A stretch of 63,563 bases of DNA, counting the filler, from Octopus bimaculoides (lineage: Eukaryota), in assembly GCF_001194135.2 (NCBI RefSeq). It is 9 parts of 8 records of this genome, joined end to end, with 100 filler letters (N's around TTAATTAATTAA, not from the genome) between each part and the next. Parts side by side here need not be neighbours in the genome. Positions count along the whole stretch, not along the records: positions 5,649 to 22,046 come from NC_068981.1; positions 22,147 to 25,220 come from NW_026302981.1; 7 more parts are not named here. The stretch is one strand, 5' to 3'. A model generated the notes under the pieces. That model ran no database searches, was not told where the DNA came from, and was given only the letters and a program-made list of their open reading frames with translations. The position numbers were made by a program, and so were the translations under genes. Shown in pieces: positions 13,075 through 24,603 of this stretch (within the stretch, counting starts at the first letter, position 1; each line of letters begins with the position of its first letter).

Positions 13075-13550
13075 GTGGTTTTATGATTAAGGTTTGTTTC
13101 ACAACCATATGGTTCTGGGTTCAGTTCCACTGTGCAGCACTTAGGAAATGTCCCTTCTAATATAGCTCCAGGCCAACCAATGCCTTGAGTGAATTTGATA
13201 GACAGAAACTGTGTGGAAGCCCATATATATATATATATACTTACATGTGTTTGTGTATGTGTATCATATCTATGACTATCTACTGATCTATCTATACACA
13301 CACACATGTGCGCACGTGTGTGTGTGTATAGATATATGGGTGAGTTTGTTTGTCCTGTGCCCTTTGCTGTTTGATAACTGGTGCTGGATTGTTTATGCCC
13401 CTGTTACTCAGTAATTTGGTAAAAAGTATAAGACTTCAGAAAAATTTGTGTGTTGGGGGCAATTTGATCAGGGAAACCCTTCAAGGCAGTGCCCCAGCAT
13501 GGCTGCAGCTAACAGCTAAGAAAAGTAAAGGAATAAAAGACAAAAAGAAT
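13075..13550 (+). mobile_element. Composite SINE: tRNA/CORE-type head, internal (TA)/(TG) microsatellite, 3' module ending 'gccccagcatggc…aagaataaaag'
   Basis: Same architecture at 30790-31445; the modules recur throughout the window. Confidence 0.75.
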
Positions 13551-14550
13551 GAATAACTAGAATTAAGGAGGTTTTTTTTTTTTTTCTCAGTTCAATTTTG
13601 AGCCTGCAGATTCTTATGCAATAACAATTTGACCCTAGTGCTGAAATGGTTCCTAACCACTAATCTAAAATAACTAATAATTCACAGGACTGAAGCACAC
13701 AGTAGGATAATGTATTACAGAACTACCCAACTTCTACCAACACAAGGATATCAGCACAATATTGGTCTCAGATTTAGTCACAAGGTCAGTAAATTTGGGG
13801 GAGGGGTTAAGTCAACTACATTGACTCCAGTGCTCAACTGGTATTTGTTTGATCAAGCCTGAAAGAATGAAAGGCATAGTTAACTTCGGCGAAACTTGAA
13901 CTCAGAACAAAAAGATGGATGAAATACTGCTAAGCAGTTTACCCAGCATGTTAACCATTTTGCCAACTCGCTACCTTATATCAGGACAATATCAATGAAT
14001 ATAATAACAATGAATAACAATGATTAGCATGTCATTTTCTATAGAGAATTAAAAGCTATAGTGATTATTATACTAATTAAAAAAATTCTAATCTATTAGT
14101 CACCTTGCTTGACATTAAATCTCCTCTGTATTTTGAGTGAAAATGTTTTTTTGTCATTGTGTGGTGGGAAGTTTGTTTCCCAGCCACATGGTTGTGGGTT
14201 CAGGCCTACTGCGCAGCATCTTGGGCAAGTGTCTTCTATTATAACCCTGGTCTGACCAAAGCCTTGTGAGTGAATTTGGTAGATAGAGATAAGAGAACAT
14301 GAGAATAGATGTTCATTTATTTTATCTTTTACTTGTTTCAGTCATTGGACTGCAACCATGCACAGCCTTGAAGAGTTTTTTGTTGAACAAATCAACCCAA
14401 TATTTATTTTAAAGCCAGCTGCTTAATCTATTGGTTTCCTGTGCCAAGCAGCTTAGTTATAGAGAAGCAAGCTAACCAACACCAGTTGTTAAGCAACTGT
14501 GGGGATGAAAAACAAATACACACACATATATATATACATATATATATATA

Positions 14551-16025
14551 AACTGAACCACAAAAGAAATATCACACACATTCTAAACAGAAACCGGTTT
14601 ATTTACAGACTGCACTAGCATTGGTTGAAGAGTGCTAGTTAAGAAACCATTCTTTCCTAATGATAAAATGTCATTTCCTGAAACATGTTTCACGTGGTGT
14701 CATGTGATGATGGAGTGTCCTGGATCCAAAGAGATGAACTCAATATCTTATGTGACCACCATTAGTGTTGATTACCACCAGGCATCTTCTGTACATTGAA
14801 TGCACCAAACAATTGATGAAGGCCATGGTGATAGCAGCCCACACACTTTTAAAACTTGCAGTGAGTTGTACTGCAGTTGTCAGCCTTGGACAGATGTCAT
14901 TTAGCCTTCTTTGGATTTCATCCCATAGGTGCTCCATGGGGTTCAAGTCCGGACTTAGGGCAGGTCATGGCAGTGTCTGAATGTTGTACTGTTGGAGAAA
15001 GTCTGTATGGGCATGGGCATTGTCATATTGGAACACATGATTCTGATGACGAGCAAAATATGACACTTGATCAATGTAGCTAGCAGCAGTTACTCCATTG
15101 CCCTGGCCTTAGCCAATGTTTTGGATGACCACCAGTCCAAGTTTCTGTTTAAGTGCAATCCTGCCCCATACCATGATGCTCTGTCCTCCCCATGAGTCTC
15201 TCCACCACACAGCCATCGGCATGATGTTCACCCTTTCTTCTCCAAACCCTAGCTCTGCCATCTGCCACAGAAATGGAATATCAACTTTTATCAGTGAAGA
15301 CTACAGTCCTCCACTGCTGATATCACCAGTTCTGACGTTTTTGAGGCCACTGCAGACATGCCTATCGATGACAATCTGTGAGGGTGGGACCCATAGCTGA
15401 ACATTGACAAGACAAATTGAAAGATCTTAGATGGCGGTGAACTGTCTCTGCACAAATGGGTCTGTAGTGAGTCCATATGGTCTACCTAGCTGATGCCGTT
15501 GCCCTCCGGAATCAGTCTTGCAAGTGCTGCTGGTGCAGGTGGCGATCTTGACATACCGTTGTAACCCTCGGTTGGCCACTGCATGGATGATCATCCATGC
15601 TGTTTGTGGCATTGTATCATTCCCTCAGCTGCTCAATTGTCCGAATGCTGCAGCTCAAATCATTAGAAATGACTCACGGACATTGACCATCATGGAGATG
15701 TTCAATGGCTTGCTCCCACTGATTTCGTGTCAGTCTTGGCAAGCTTGCTGCATTTGAGAAACGAATGACAGGCTGGTAAATTTGGGTGCGCATGCATCAT
15801 GTTTTTCATAAAGATGCACTCTCGAGCATTACCATGTTCATGAAAAGTGGGCGAGTTTGAACCCTACATGCAATCCTTGTATTTTCAAAAGAGAGTGGTG
15901 TTGCGGGTCAGTGACATCTTTTTGATGTCAAATTACCTAGAAATGTGATAAAATCCATATCATCTCAACATCATGTGTGAAATAAATAATCTTTTACAGT
16001 GTGACATTTCTTTTGTAATTCAGTA
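14551..16025 (-). mobile_element. Full-length degenerate Tc1 DNA transposon
   Basis: TIRs ACTGAA(CC/TT)ACAAAAGAAAT(A/G)TCACAC in a TA context; transposase remnants LPRLTRNQ…SG.PRVTT..QDR and NPMEHLWDEIQRRL…NGGHIRY* (14740); multiple stops and frameshifts. Confidence 0.92.
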
Positions 16026-16329
16026 TATATGTGTGTGTATGTGTGTGTGCGTGTATATATACACACACATACACACTCACAATAGGCTTCTTTCAGTTTC
16101 CCCCAACCAAATCCACTCACAAGGGCCTTGGTTAATCCAGGGCTATAGTAAAAGAGATTTGCCCAAGGTGTCATGCAGTGGGACTGAACCCAGAACCATG
16201 TGATTGGGAAGCAAATTTCTTCCCACACAGCTGTGCCTATCCATTCCACATGTTACCATTGGTTTGAATGGCAGACATGTTTGAGGCAGGAATTCACGGC
16301 TAAATGCTCTTCCTGTTGCCATTTCTTAC

Positions 16330-16441
16330 CGGTGTTTCAAGTAATGTGCTTTTTATTTCACATATCTTTAAAAGTTCAGTGTGACAAGTCATAATGTCAG
16401 CAAGGAAAGTAAACATCCTTCCTAATTTTGTCCAAGTGAAC
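16330..16441 (-). CDS. Putative internal exon (FTWTKLGRMFTFLADIMTCHTELLKICEIKSTLLETP)
   Basis: Acceptor gactgatattccacag| with branch-like CTGAT, donor CCG|gtaaga, 112 nt, open in one frame, phase 2 to 0. Confidence 0.65.
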
Positions 16442-17485
16442 CTGTGGAATATCAGTCAATATCTATGTACATTCACACACACACACACACACACACAATG
16501 GGCTTGTAACAATTTCCAACAACCAAACTCAATCACAAAGCATTAGTTGGCCCACAGCTATTGTAAAAATCATTTACTTTCTAATATTTTCTTCTAATGT
16601 CATAAATTTTAACGTTAAAATCCCCTTTAGGGTGTTATTTTGTTTCAGTCTTTTTGTTTTGATAATATAAATACCAGTAATACAATGGAGTCATTTGAGT
16701 CAGCTACATCTTTTACTCTGCATGACTTCATGCTAAGTCAAAATAAACTTTTTTGAATTTTACGAAATAACTTAACAGTTCAGCAAAAGAGACTGATTGA
16801 ATAAGTACCAGGCTTTAAGAAAAAAGTACTGTGGTTGATTCATGTGACTAAAATTCTGCAGTTTAATGAATGAAACAAGTAAAAGATAAAAGATATTGCT
16901 GGTCATATTGTACAGTGTCCATAAAATTTGTAATTCTGAGATTTAGTTCAGTATCAATATAAGTTACTGTAGTTTATAACCATAATTCTTCAATGGAATT
17001 CTCTTATTTCCTTCCTTAATTTTATTCACAACCTCTTAGATACAGAAATATGAAAATTTTAAAATTTTACAACAAACAGCTATTTGATATTTCTAAGACA
17101 TTTTCTCTTTGGAAATTTAATCAATTTCCTCCAATCTGCTTCACTGTATCGACTATTGGGATATTTAGCTTTGTAATATTCTGAGAAATCTATGAAAATT
17201 GTTAACACAGCTGATATTTTTGGCTTGTTCTCGTATGGTTGGTTATGTTTTATATTTGAACAGTGACACTGAAAGCTATCAGTTATTTTTCATATTCACT
17301 TTGTTCCTACTGAGATTAAAATTGAAAACATTGAATTTTTTTTTCTTCTTAACATCGTCCCAATATCAGTAGTGATATTTCAAGTCTATTTTTTTTTACT
17401 TCTGATGATGTGGGTTAACTGGAGTATCATAAAATTTTATATTTTATATTGTTGACCACATGGCTGAGTTCAGTGAAATTCTTAC

Positions 17486-17625
17486 TATGATAACTTTTGT
17501 ACTGGGGAAGACATGTAACTATGTTTGTTTGGCTGATTACATATTCCATTCCTGCTTCACAGATGAGTGAGTTGGAAGGGTGTTCAACTGTAGAGACAAT
17601 GTGAGAATGTCCATATTTACACACC
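17486..17625 (-). CDS. Candidate upstream exon (VCKYGHSHIVSTVEHPSNSLICEAGMEYVISQTNIVTCLPQYKSYH)
   Basis: Donor A|gtaaga and a 46-codon open frame; the acceptor is weak and it joins 16441 in phase only via a speculative 16-nt exon (16578-16593). Confidence 0.3.
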
Positions 17626-17837
17626 CTGTGCTCTCAATGAAAAACTATTGTAAAATACTATAAAGTATGAAATAGAAGAGAGAAAATTTAATTTACTGAA
17701 TTATAATTTATTCTTGGCAATATTCCATCAATTCTTAAACTGCTTGAATTGATTCATATTAATGTAATAGCTTGTATATTTTTAGAAAATTGAATCTTTT
17801 AAAATTAAACCATGTTTCCTATTAAATATTTAACTAA

Positions 17838-18048
17838 GGCAGCAAGCTGGCAGAATTTCTAGCATGCCAGGCAAAATGCTTACCAACATTTTATCCATTT
17901 TTACATTCTGAGTTCAAATTCCACTAAGGTTGACTTTGCCTTTCATTCTTTCAGGGTTGATAAAATAAGTACTAGTTGGGCACTGGGGTCGATTTAATCA
18001 ACCTACCCATCTTCTCAAACTTGCTGGCCTTGTGCCAAAATTTGGAAC
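17838..18048 (+). mobile_element. tRNA-derived SINE, CpG-decayed copy
   Basis: Same family as 54565-54800, with CpGs replaced by TpG/CpA. Confidence 0.85.
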
Positions 18049-19083
18049 TGTTATTAAATATTTAGCTATAAATTTTAAATATATATTGCTCTTAACATGG
18101 GCATCAGACCTGAAATTTGTGTGGAGAGGATTAGGCAATACCATCAACTCCAGTATTTGATTAGTATTTTATTTTATCAACAACCCTGAAAGGATGAAAA
18201 GCAAAGCTGACCTTGGTAGAATTAGAACTCAGAGTGTCAATAAGTGACACCTTGGGTAAGTGTTTTCAACTATATTCTTGGGCAAACCAAAGTCTTGTTG
18301 GTAGATAGAAACTGAATGTTCTTGTCCCATTTTTTGTATTCCTTTTTATATACATATGGCGGAGTATGTACACTTTGGTCTCTTATATATAAGTACATAT
18401 ATATATCTAAATTTTGTATGGCTCTCTTATTCTTTCTTTCTTTCTTTCAGACCTTCACACTTACTTTGTTCTTTCACTCTTCTTTCTTTCGTTCCCTCTT
18501 TCTCAAATTTCCTGGCTTTCTCTTCATTCTCACCTTTCCTCCTCTTTCACTTCACTCTGTCCCTTTTTTTTATATCGTGCCTCCCTAATTCTTCTATCCC
18601 TCTGCCTCTACCTCTCTCTCCACGTGACTAGTGTTCGGCCAAGCCTGACCTTTCTTTCTTAGTTCAACTACCATCTGTGCAACATCTATATTCCTTCCCA
18701 TGCCTGTCCTCACTTATGTCCCTGCCATAAGGCTTCACTTCCACACACACCAGCTTAATTTAATTCGTCCTCAGTTGAAAGATACCTGTTGTTCATGTCC
18801 TCTTATTTGCATTTGTATTTGTGTACTATTTCTCTCTTTTTTTCCGTCCTTGTTTTCATATACATTTGCTGCTTTCTTCCAAGGAATCTAGTACTCTTAG
18901 CTTAGTTTTTCCTTGGGGCTGGCCAAATTGGAGCAATCTCGAGTATAACCAGCCAAAATTGCAAAGATAATATGGAACTCGATTGAGGAAAGAAAACTCT
19001 GAATGACCCGTTCTTATTTTTTTCTTGTCCCTTTTTTGTATCATGTCTGGATGTTTTGCATTCTTGTCCCATTTTTTGTATTC

Positions 19084-19123
<40 letters not shown>

Positions 19124-19294
19124 TATATGTGTATGTATATATACATATGTATATGTATATACTTACATCTATACGTATATATCCATGTAAGTTTTATATA
19201 TATATACAACGTTTGTAAAAAAACAAATTTAGAAGAAGAAGCACACTCTAAGATGTAAAGCAGTATACATTAAATATGGGGAAGACCATTTTAT

Positions 19295-19355
19295 GGGATT
19301 ACCTCAGGTTTCCTGTCTGTAATGGGTTTAGCTTTATGGCATATTGTCAGATCCC
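19295..19355 (-). ncRNA. Type I hammerhead ribozyme motif, one core lesion (CTGACAA)
   Basis: GGGAT-CTGACAA-stem II-GAAA-CC-TGA-GG-TA-ATCCC; sense to and downstream of the GIY-YIG ORF. Confidence 0.6.
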
Positions 19356-19889
19356 AAAAACAGGTTGGCCCATGACCTCTTAAAAATATGGAGGGGGAAA
19401 TGCTTCACTACTCAAAGGTAACAAGTGGGGATTATCACCCTTTGCTATTGACTTCCGGCTGAGCCGCCACCTTGCAGGTTCCAAAAAGCTAGCAGGAACC
19501 TCCTGAAATGTAAACATGACCCAAAAATCTTTGTTCTGGAGTTAAGTATGTTCCCTGGTTCAAATGAATCTTTTAAAATTCACATGTGTTCAGCTATGCA
19601 TAACTTGCAATGCTTCGTCCTGTTGATGTAGGGGCCTGGGTTCTTGTGGATTTTCCATGCGATCAAGTATGGGATCCCATCGTCTCTCAGTTGCCAGACA
19701 TGACTAGCCAGTGATGTTATATATCTCCTTTCCAGAACTCTGAAGGAGGACCAGTGGTTGGAGAGACGTTGCTGGAAAGAGTTTCCAGAACATCGAATGT
19801 ATCTCTGTAGGCATCTGTTGTCGGTGCTGTACCTGCTGGTATTGTTGCTGCTGCCGTTGACGTTGTCAGAGCTGGGCCAACAGGTTTTA

Positions 19890-19950
19890 GGGATCTGATG
19901 ATATGCCATGAAGCTAAACTCTTTATGGACGGAAAACCTAAGGTAATCCC
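19890..19950 (+). ncRNA. Type I hammerhead ribozyme motif, one extra A in the GAAA box
   Basis: GGGAT-CTGATGA-…CCATGAAG/CTTTATGG…-GAAAA-CC-TAA-GG-TA-ATCCC. Confidence 0.65.
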
Positions 19951-19991
19951 ATAAACCGGCCTTCCCCATTTTCATTATATATATATAAATA

Positions 19992-20361
19992 TTATCATCA
20001 TCGTTTAATGTCTGCTGTCCATACTGGCATGGGTTGGCTGGTTTAACTGAGGACTGGTAAGCCAGGAGGCTACACCAAGCTCCAATCTGATCTAGCAAGG
20101 TTTCTACAGCTGGATGCCCTTCCTAATGCCAACCACTCCAAGAGTATAGTGGATACTTTTTATGTGCCACTGGCATGGGGGCCAGTCAGGTGGTACTGAT
20201 ATCGATCACACTTGAATGGTGCTTCTTAAGTGCCACTGGCACAGGAGCCAGTCAGGCAACACTGGCATTGATCACGCTCAAATGGTGTTTTTTACATGCC
20301 ACCGGCACAGGAACCAGTCAGGTGGAACTGGCATCGACCAGGTGGTACTGGCATTGAGCAC

Positions 20362-20399
<38 letters not shown>

Positions 20400-20590
20400 T
20401 ATATATATATATACGACACTGCTTTTCCTCTTCCCAGGCTACAGGCCCACACCCCCAACACCCATNNNNNNNNNNTCAGACTGGAGCCTGGTGTTGCCAT
20501 CCGGTTTCACCAGTCCTCAGTCAAATCGTCCAACCCATGCTAGCATGGAAAGCGGACGTTAAACGATGATGATGATGATGATGATGATAT
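19992..20590. mobile_element. Two RTE LINE 3' tails in opposite orientation with an internal ~67-bp tandem repeat
   Basis: Shared tail 'aggaagggcatccagctgtagaaac…ccaacccatgc(c/t)agcatgga…gatgatgat'; the same tail follows RT C-terminal coding at 28150-28570. Confidence 0.8.
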
Positions 20591-22258
20591 ATATTTATAT
20601 ATGACAGTCTGGATTTAGCCCTACCATTTGGCAATCGAGTAGACACTATGGATGAACTTGTAATTTTTCAGGTGAAAGTAGTCTAGTGGTTTAGCTTCAC
20701 TTGTGGGGTGGTTATCTCCTATCAGTATATGAAAATGTACTTTCTTGCAGCTCTAAGGGTGTTTTACTCTTATTTCTAGCAATATAGCTGCTACCTACCA
20801 CCATCAGTCACAATTAGTGACAACTGAATTTTTCCTTTTTGGTTTTATATTGCATATAGCTGACTTCGTTATTTCACACACACAAAAACACACACACAAA
20901 TGAGCATGATAGTTGTGAATGAGTGCCAGCTTCATACAAGTAGTGTCCTTCATTTCCAATATTCCATAGAAACATATCTGGCTAGGGGAAATATTACCAT
21001 GTTACCTTACTCTGAAACAGGTGAAGGTTGGTGAAAGAGAGGGCAGCCAGCTGTAGAAAATATATCTGCCTCAACAAATTCTGTCCAACTTACTCACACA
21101 TGGAAAACTGAACATTGGAAAACCATAATGATGATGATGAAAATAAATGGCTTGTGTACTTTTATCATTGGAAGTTAATTTCAATCCATATGGAATTGAC
21201 CAATCTATATAATCAGTTACAAGACTTTGATAAGTGAAAATGGGAAAATAGTAAGTTAAAAAGATATAAAACTCTTGAGAAAATAATTTTCCTGCAAATA
21301 TTTAATTCATGAAGGATATTTTATATGATTTTTATCGCTGTTTTATTATATTTTAATGAAAGTATATGTCAGATAATTCTACAGTAACTTGTATAAATAG
21401 TTGAAGCTCACTATTTCTTTCACATTAATAATTGATTGTTAATAACTTTAAATATAAATGATATTAAACATCATAAACAGAGAAGTGCCATAGGTTATCT
21501 AATGGCATTTAGAATATATACTTATTTATTGTTTGCTGAGTAACTATGTTAGATTATTGCACTATAGGGTGTCATACATTGTCTTCTCAAATTAAATATA
21601 AATTATTTTTTCTGCTGCTTTTACTAAACTATTTAACTCGCACAGTTATTATTTTGTTTCACATAATTTTCTCCATCTCTAAGCTAGTGGCATTTTGTGC
21701 TAGCTAGGACAAGAATCTTGGCTAGAAAACAAGGTTTTTATATAAATAACATTATGGGGTGATTTTTTTTTTTTTTATATATATACATCTAAAATAAATC
21801 AAATTCAAAGTTACTTCTCAATGTAATTTCTAAGTGACAATAAATAAAATAGGTATAGGCATCTCTGTGGTTAAGAAACTTGCTTTGCAACTATGTGATC
21901 TTAGGTTCAGTCCCATTGTGCAGCACCTTTGACAAGTGCTTTCTATTATAGCATTGGGTCAACCAATGTCTTGTGAGTGAATTTGGTAGATGGAAACTGT
22001 GTGGAAACCCATTGTATATATAGATATATATATGTATATATATATANNNNNNNNNNNNNNNNNNNNNNNNNNNNNNNNNNNNNNNNNNNNTTAATTAATT
22101 AANNNNNNNNNNNNNNNNNNNNNNNNNNNNNNNNNNNNNNNNNNNNCGCTTTTTATTTGTTACTGCGGCCATGCTGGGGCATAATCTTGAAAGGTTTTAA
22201 TCGAACAAATCGACATCAGAACATATTTTTTTAAAGCCTAGTACTTCCTGTATCGCAC

Positions 22259-22319
<61 letters not shown>

Positions 22320-23084
22320 GTACTACCATATCAGTGATTGTAGGATCTCTAGGAGTGATAAAAAAAAAGGTACTGAAGCCTATTTGAAAATGATACCAGG
22401 CTTACCATCCCTTCAGGAAGTGCAAAAAATCGTGCTAACTGGAACGACTCATGTACTGAGAAGAGCATTATCGCTGTGAAAACAACATTCATTCATTATT
22501 TTTTTTTTTCTTCTTAAATACATGTTTTACCTGTAAATTTGCGTGTGTAAACTGGGAATGCATATAACGAGTTTCTCTGCCCTAGGTGTACGGAAAACAC
22601 TCGGCGAGAAATGGAAGAAAATTTGAAGAGAGAAGAAAAAGACAACAGCATAATAATAATAATAAGAGCCCTCATGCAGTACCAGTCAGTGGCTCTCATG
22701 ACTTTTGATCTTAATTGATTGAAAGTGTAATTATATACATGTTTTGCCTTGGTATAAAAGATGGGCTACAGCAAATATTCTGCTTAATACCACAGATTTG
22801 CTTGTCAGTTGTTTGACCTTAACCAGTTGAGCATGTCCCTTGGTGGTTGACGATATGTGCATCTCTGATCATGAGCAGAAGTAGTGAGGGAGCATCATAG
22901 CCATGTGTTGAGATGAATTCTTTGGAGTTTGAATAATTCACTTCTGGAAACATGGGTGTTTCATTCAACATCCTTAAACAATTCTTATTCAAGGACCATT
23001 TGAGTGAGATGGTCTACTCGACCTGAAGAGTGTTACTTTGATGGCACGCTCTGCTCTCCCACTCAATAATAATAATGATAATGG

Positions 23085-23285
23085 TTTCAAAGTTGGCCCA
23101 AGAGCAACCATTTTGGGGAAGGCGATAAGTCGACACCTTCCTCAGTATTTCACTGGTACTCAATTTATCGACCAAGAAAGGAGAACGGCAAAGTCGACTC
23201 GCCGGAATTTAAACTTAGAACGTAGCGACGGGCGAAATACTGCTAAGCACTACGTCCAGGGAGCTGACGCTTCTGCCAGCTCACC
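23085..23285 (-). mobile_element. tRNA-derived SINE
   Basis: Reverse complement begins ggtggtgagctggcagaagcg…; carries the family central domain. Confidence 0.85.
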
Positions 23286-23288
23286 ACC

Positions 23289-23291
23289 ATG

Positions 23292-23342
<51 letters not shown>

Positions 23343-23400
23343 GCAAAATTCTTCTTCTGCGTCCTCTCCTTCTTCGTCTCCTTCTTCTTCTTTTCTTCTT

Positions 23401-23499
<99 letters not shown>

Positions 23500-23500
23500 G
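23289..23500. repeat. Compound (AAT)n-(TTC)n-(ATT)n microsatellite
   Basis: Directly visible. Confidence 0.95.
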
Positions 23501-23520
23501 TAATTATTGGAAGTAGAGTG

Positions 23521-23735
23521 GAGACGGCGAGATGGCAGAATCGTTAGCACGCCGGACGAAATACTTAGCTGTATTTCGTCCGTCTCTACGTTCTGAATTC
23601 AAATTCCGCCGAGGTCAGCTTTGCCTTTCGTCTTTTAGGGTGTCGATAAATTAAGTACAGCTGAGTACTGGGGCCGATCTGATCGACTATACCCCTCCCC
23701 CAAATTTCTTGTGCCTATTGTAGAAAGGATTATTA
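23521..23735 (+). mobile_element. tRNA-derived SINE (CpG-rich copy)
   Basis: ggcgagatggcagaatcgttagcacgccggacgaaa…gtcgataaattaagtac; A/B-box-like head. Confidence 0.88.
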
Positions 23736-23882
23736 GGAGGAGGAGAAGGAGAAAGTGAAGGTGAAAGAGGATTATCATCATCATCAGCATTATCATCGTC
23801 ATCAACATCATATAAGCAAGAATATTTTCTTCCTTTTATAGAATACCCCCAACCAGCTGGAATACACGGCTAAGATACTTGC

Positions 23883-23960
23883 CTCAGCATTATCAATGCT
23901 ATAAAACATATCCATGAACTTTTGCGTATCTTGAATTACAATATCAATCTCCGAATATAT
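23883..23960 (-). CDS. Candidate 78-nt symmetric exon with a GC donor (IYSEIDIVIQDTQKFMDMFYSIDNAE)
   Basis: Acceptor gttgtattgtttcag|, donor GAG|gcaagt, phase 0 to 0, open. Confidence 0.4.
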
Positions 23961-24542
23961 CTGAAACAATACAACATACATACATACATACATACGTATA
24001 TACATATGCATATACATGCATATATATTTATACATACATACATAAATATATATACACACACACATTATGCATGAGTTGTTATAGGTCTTTTGTAACATTA
24101 CTAATGTTATATCATAAACATAACAAAGTTGTTATCATTGTTTATTTATATCAATTCATATCAATGTTTCTCTCAGAGCTTCGAGAAATTGTCCAATTGA
24201 TGCCAAAACTTCTAACAGTTTGTTTCCAAATGGAATCGATATTTGGTGAATGTCTGTTTTATGGTATTCAGCCAAATGCCAACAATTTACAGTATCATAG
24301 CACTTAATCTCATTGCAGCAGTAATTAAATATGATTGTGACTTGGCTCAAATAATTAAATATAATGATGCTTTGTCAATTAAACATTATTTGTGCGATAG
24401 TAATTAAGTATAATTGTGGTTGGATAGATAAATAGATATGCATGTATGAATGTAAGTGTCTACATTTATCAAGCGCGTATACCTCTCTATTTCTTACTCT
24501 CTCTATATGTGCATGTGTGTATGTGTGCATGTATATGTAAGT

Positions 24543-24603
<61 letters not shown>

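Larger units (their letters stand above)
19210..19975 (-). mobile_element. Penelope-like element 3' relic: GIY-YIG endonuclease C-terminus flanked by inverted pseudo-LTR copies
   Basis: ORF segment RYI.CSGNSFQQRLSNH.SSF…TSLASHVWQL…IAWKI…Y…CKLC..E; 19275-19370 is an inverted copy of 19875-19970. Confidence 0.85.

Noticed and set aside
15043-15057. CTGATGACGAGCAAA, 15 nt identical to the start of the 52.5-kb hammerhead
   Set aside because: It lies antisense within Tc1 transposase coding and has no GAAA box or stems; coincidence.
18970-19005. Possible fourth hammerhead (TTGAGGA-AAGAAAACTCT-GAAT…)
   Set aside because: Lesions in both core boxes and no convincing stem I or III; would need a family consensus.
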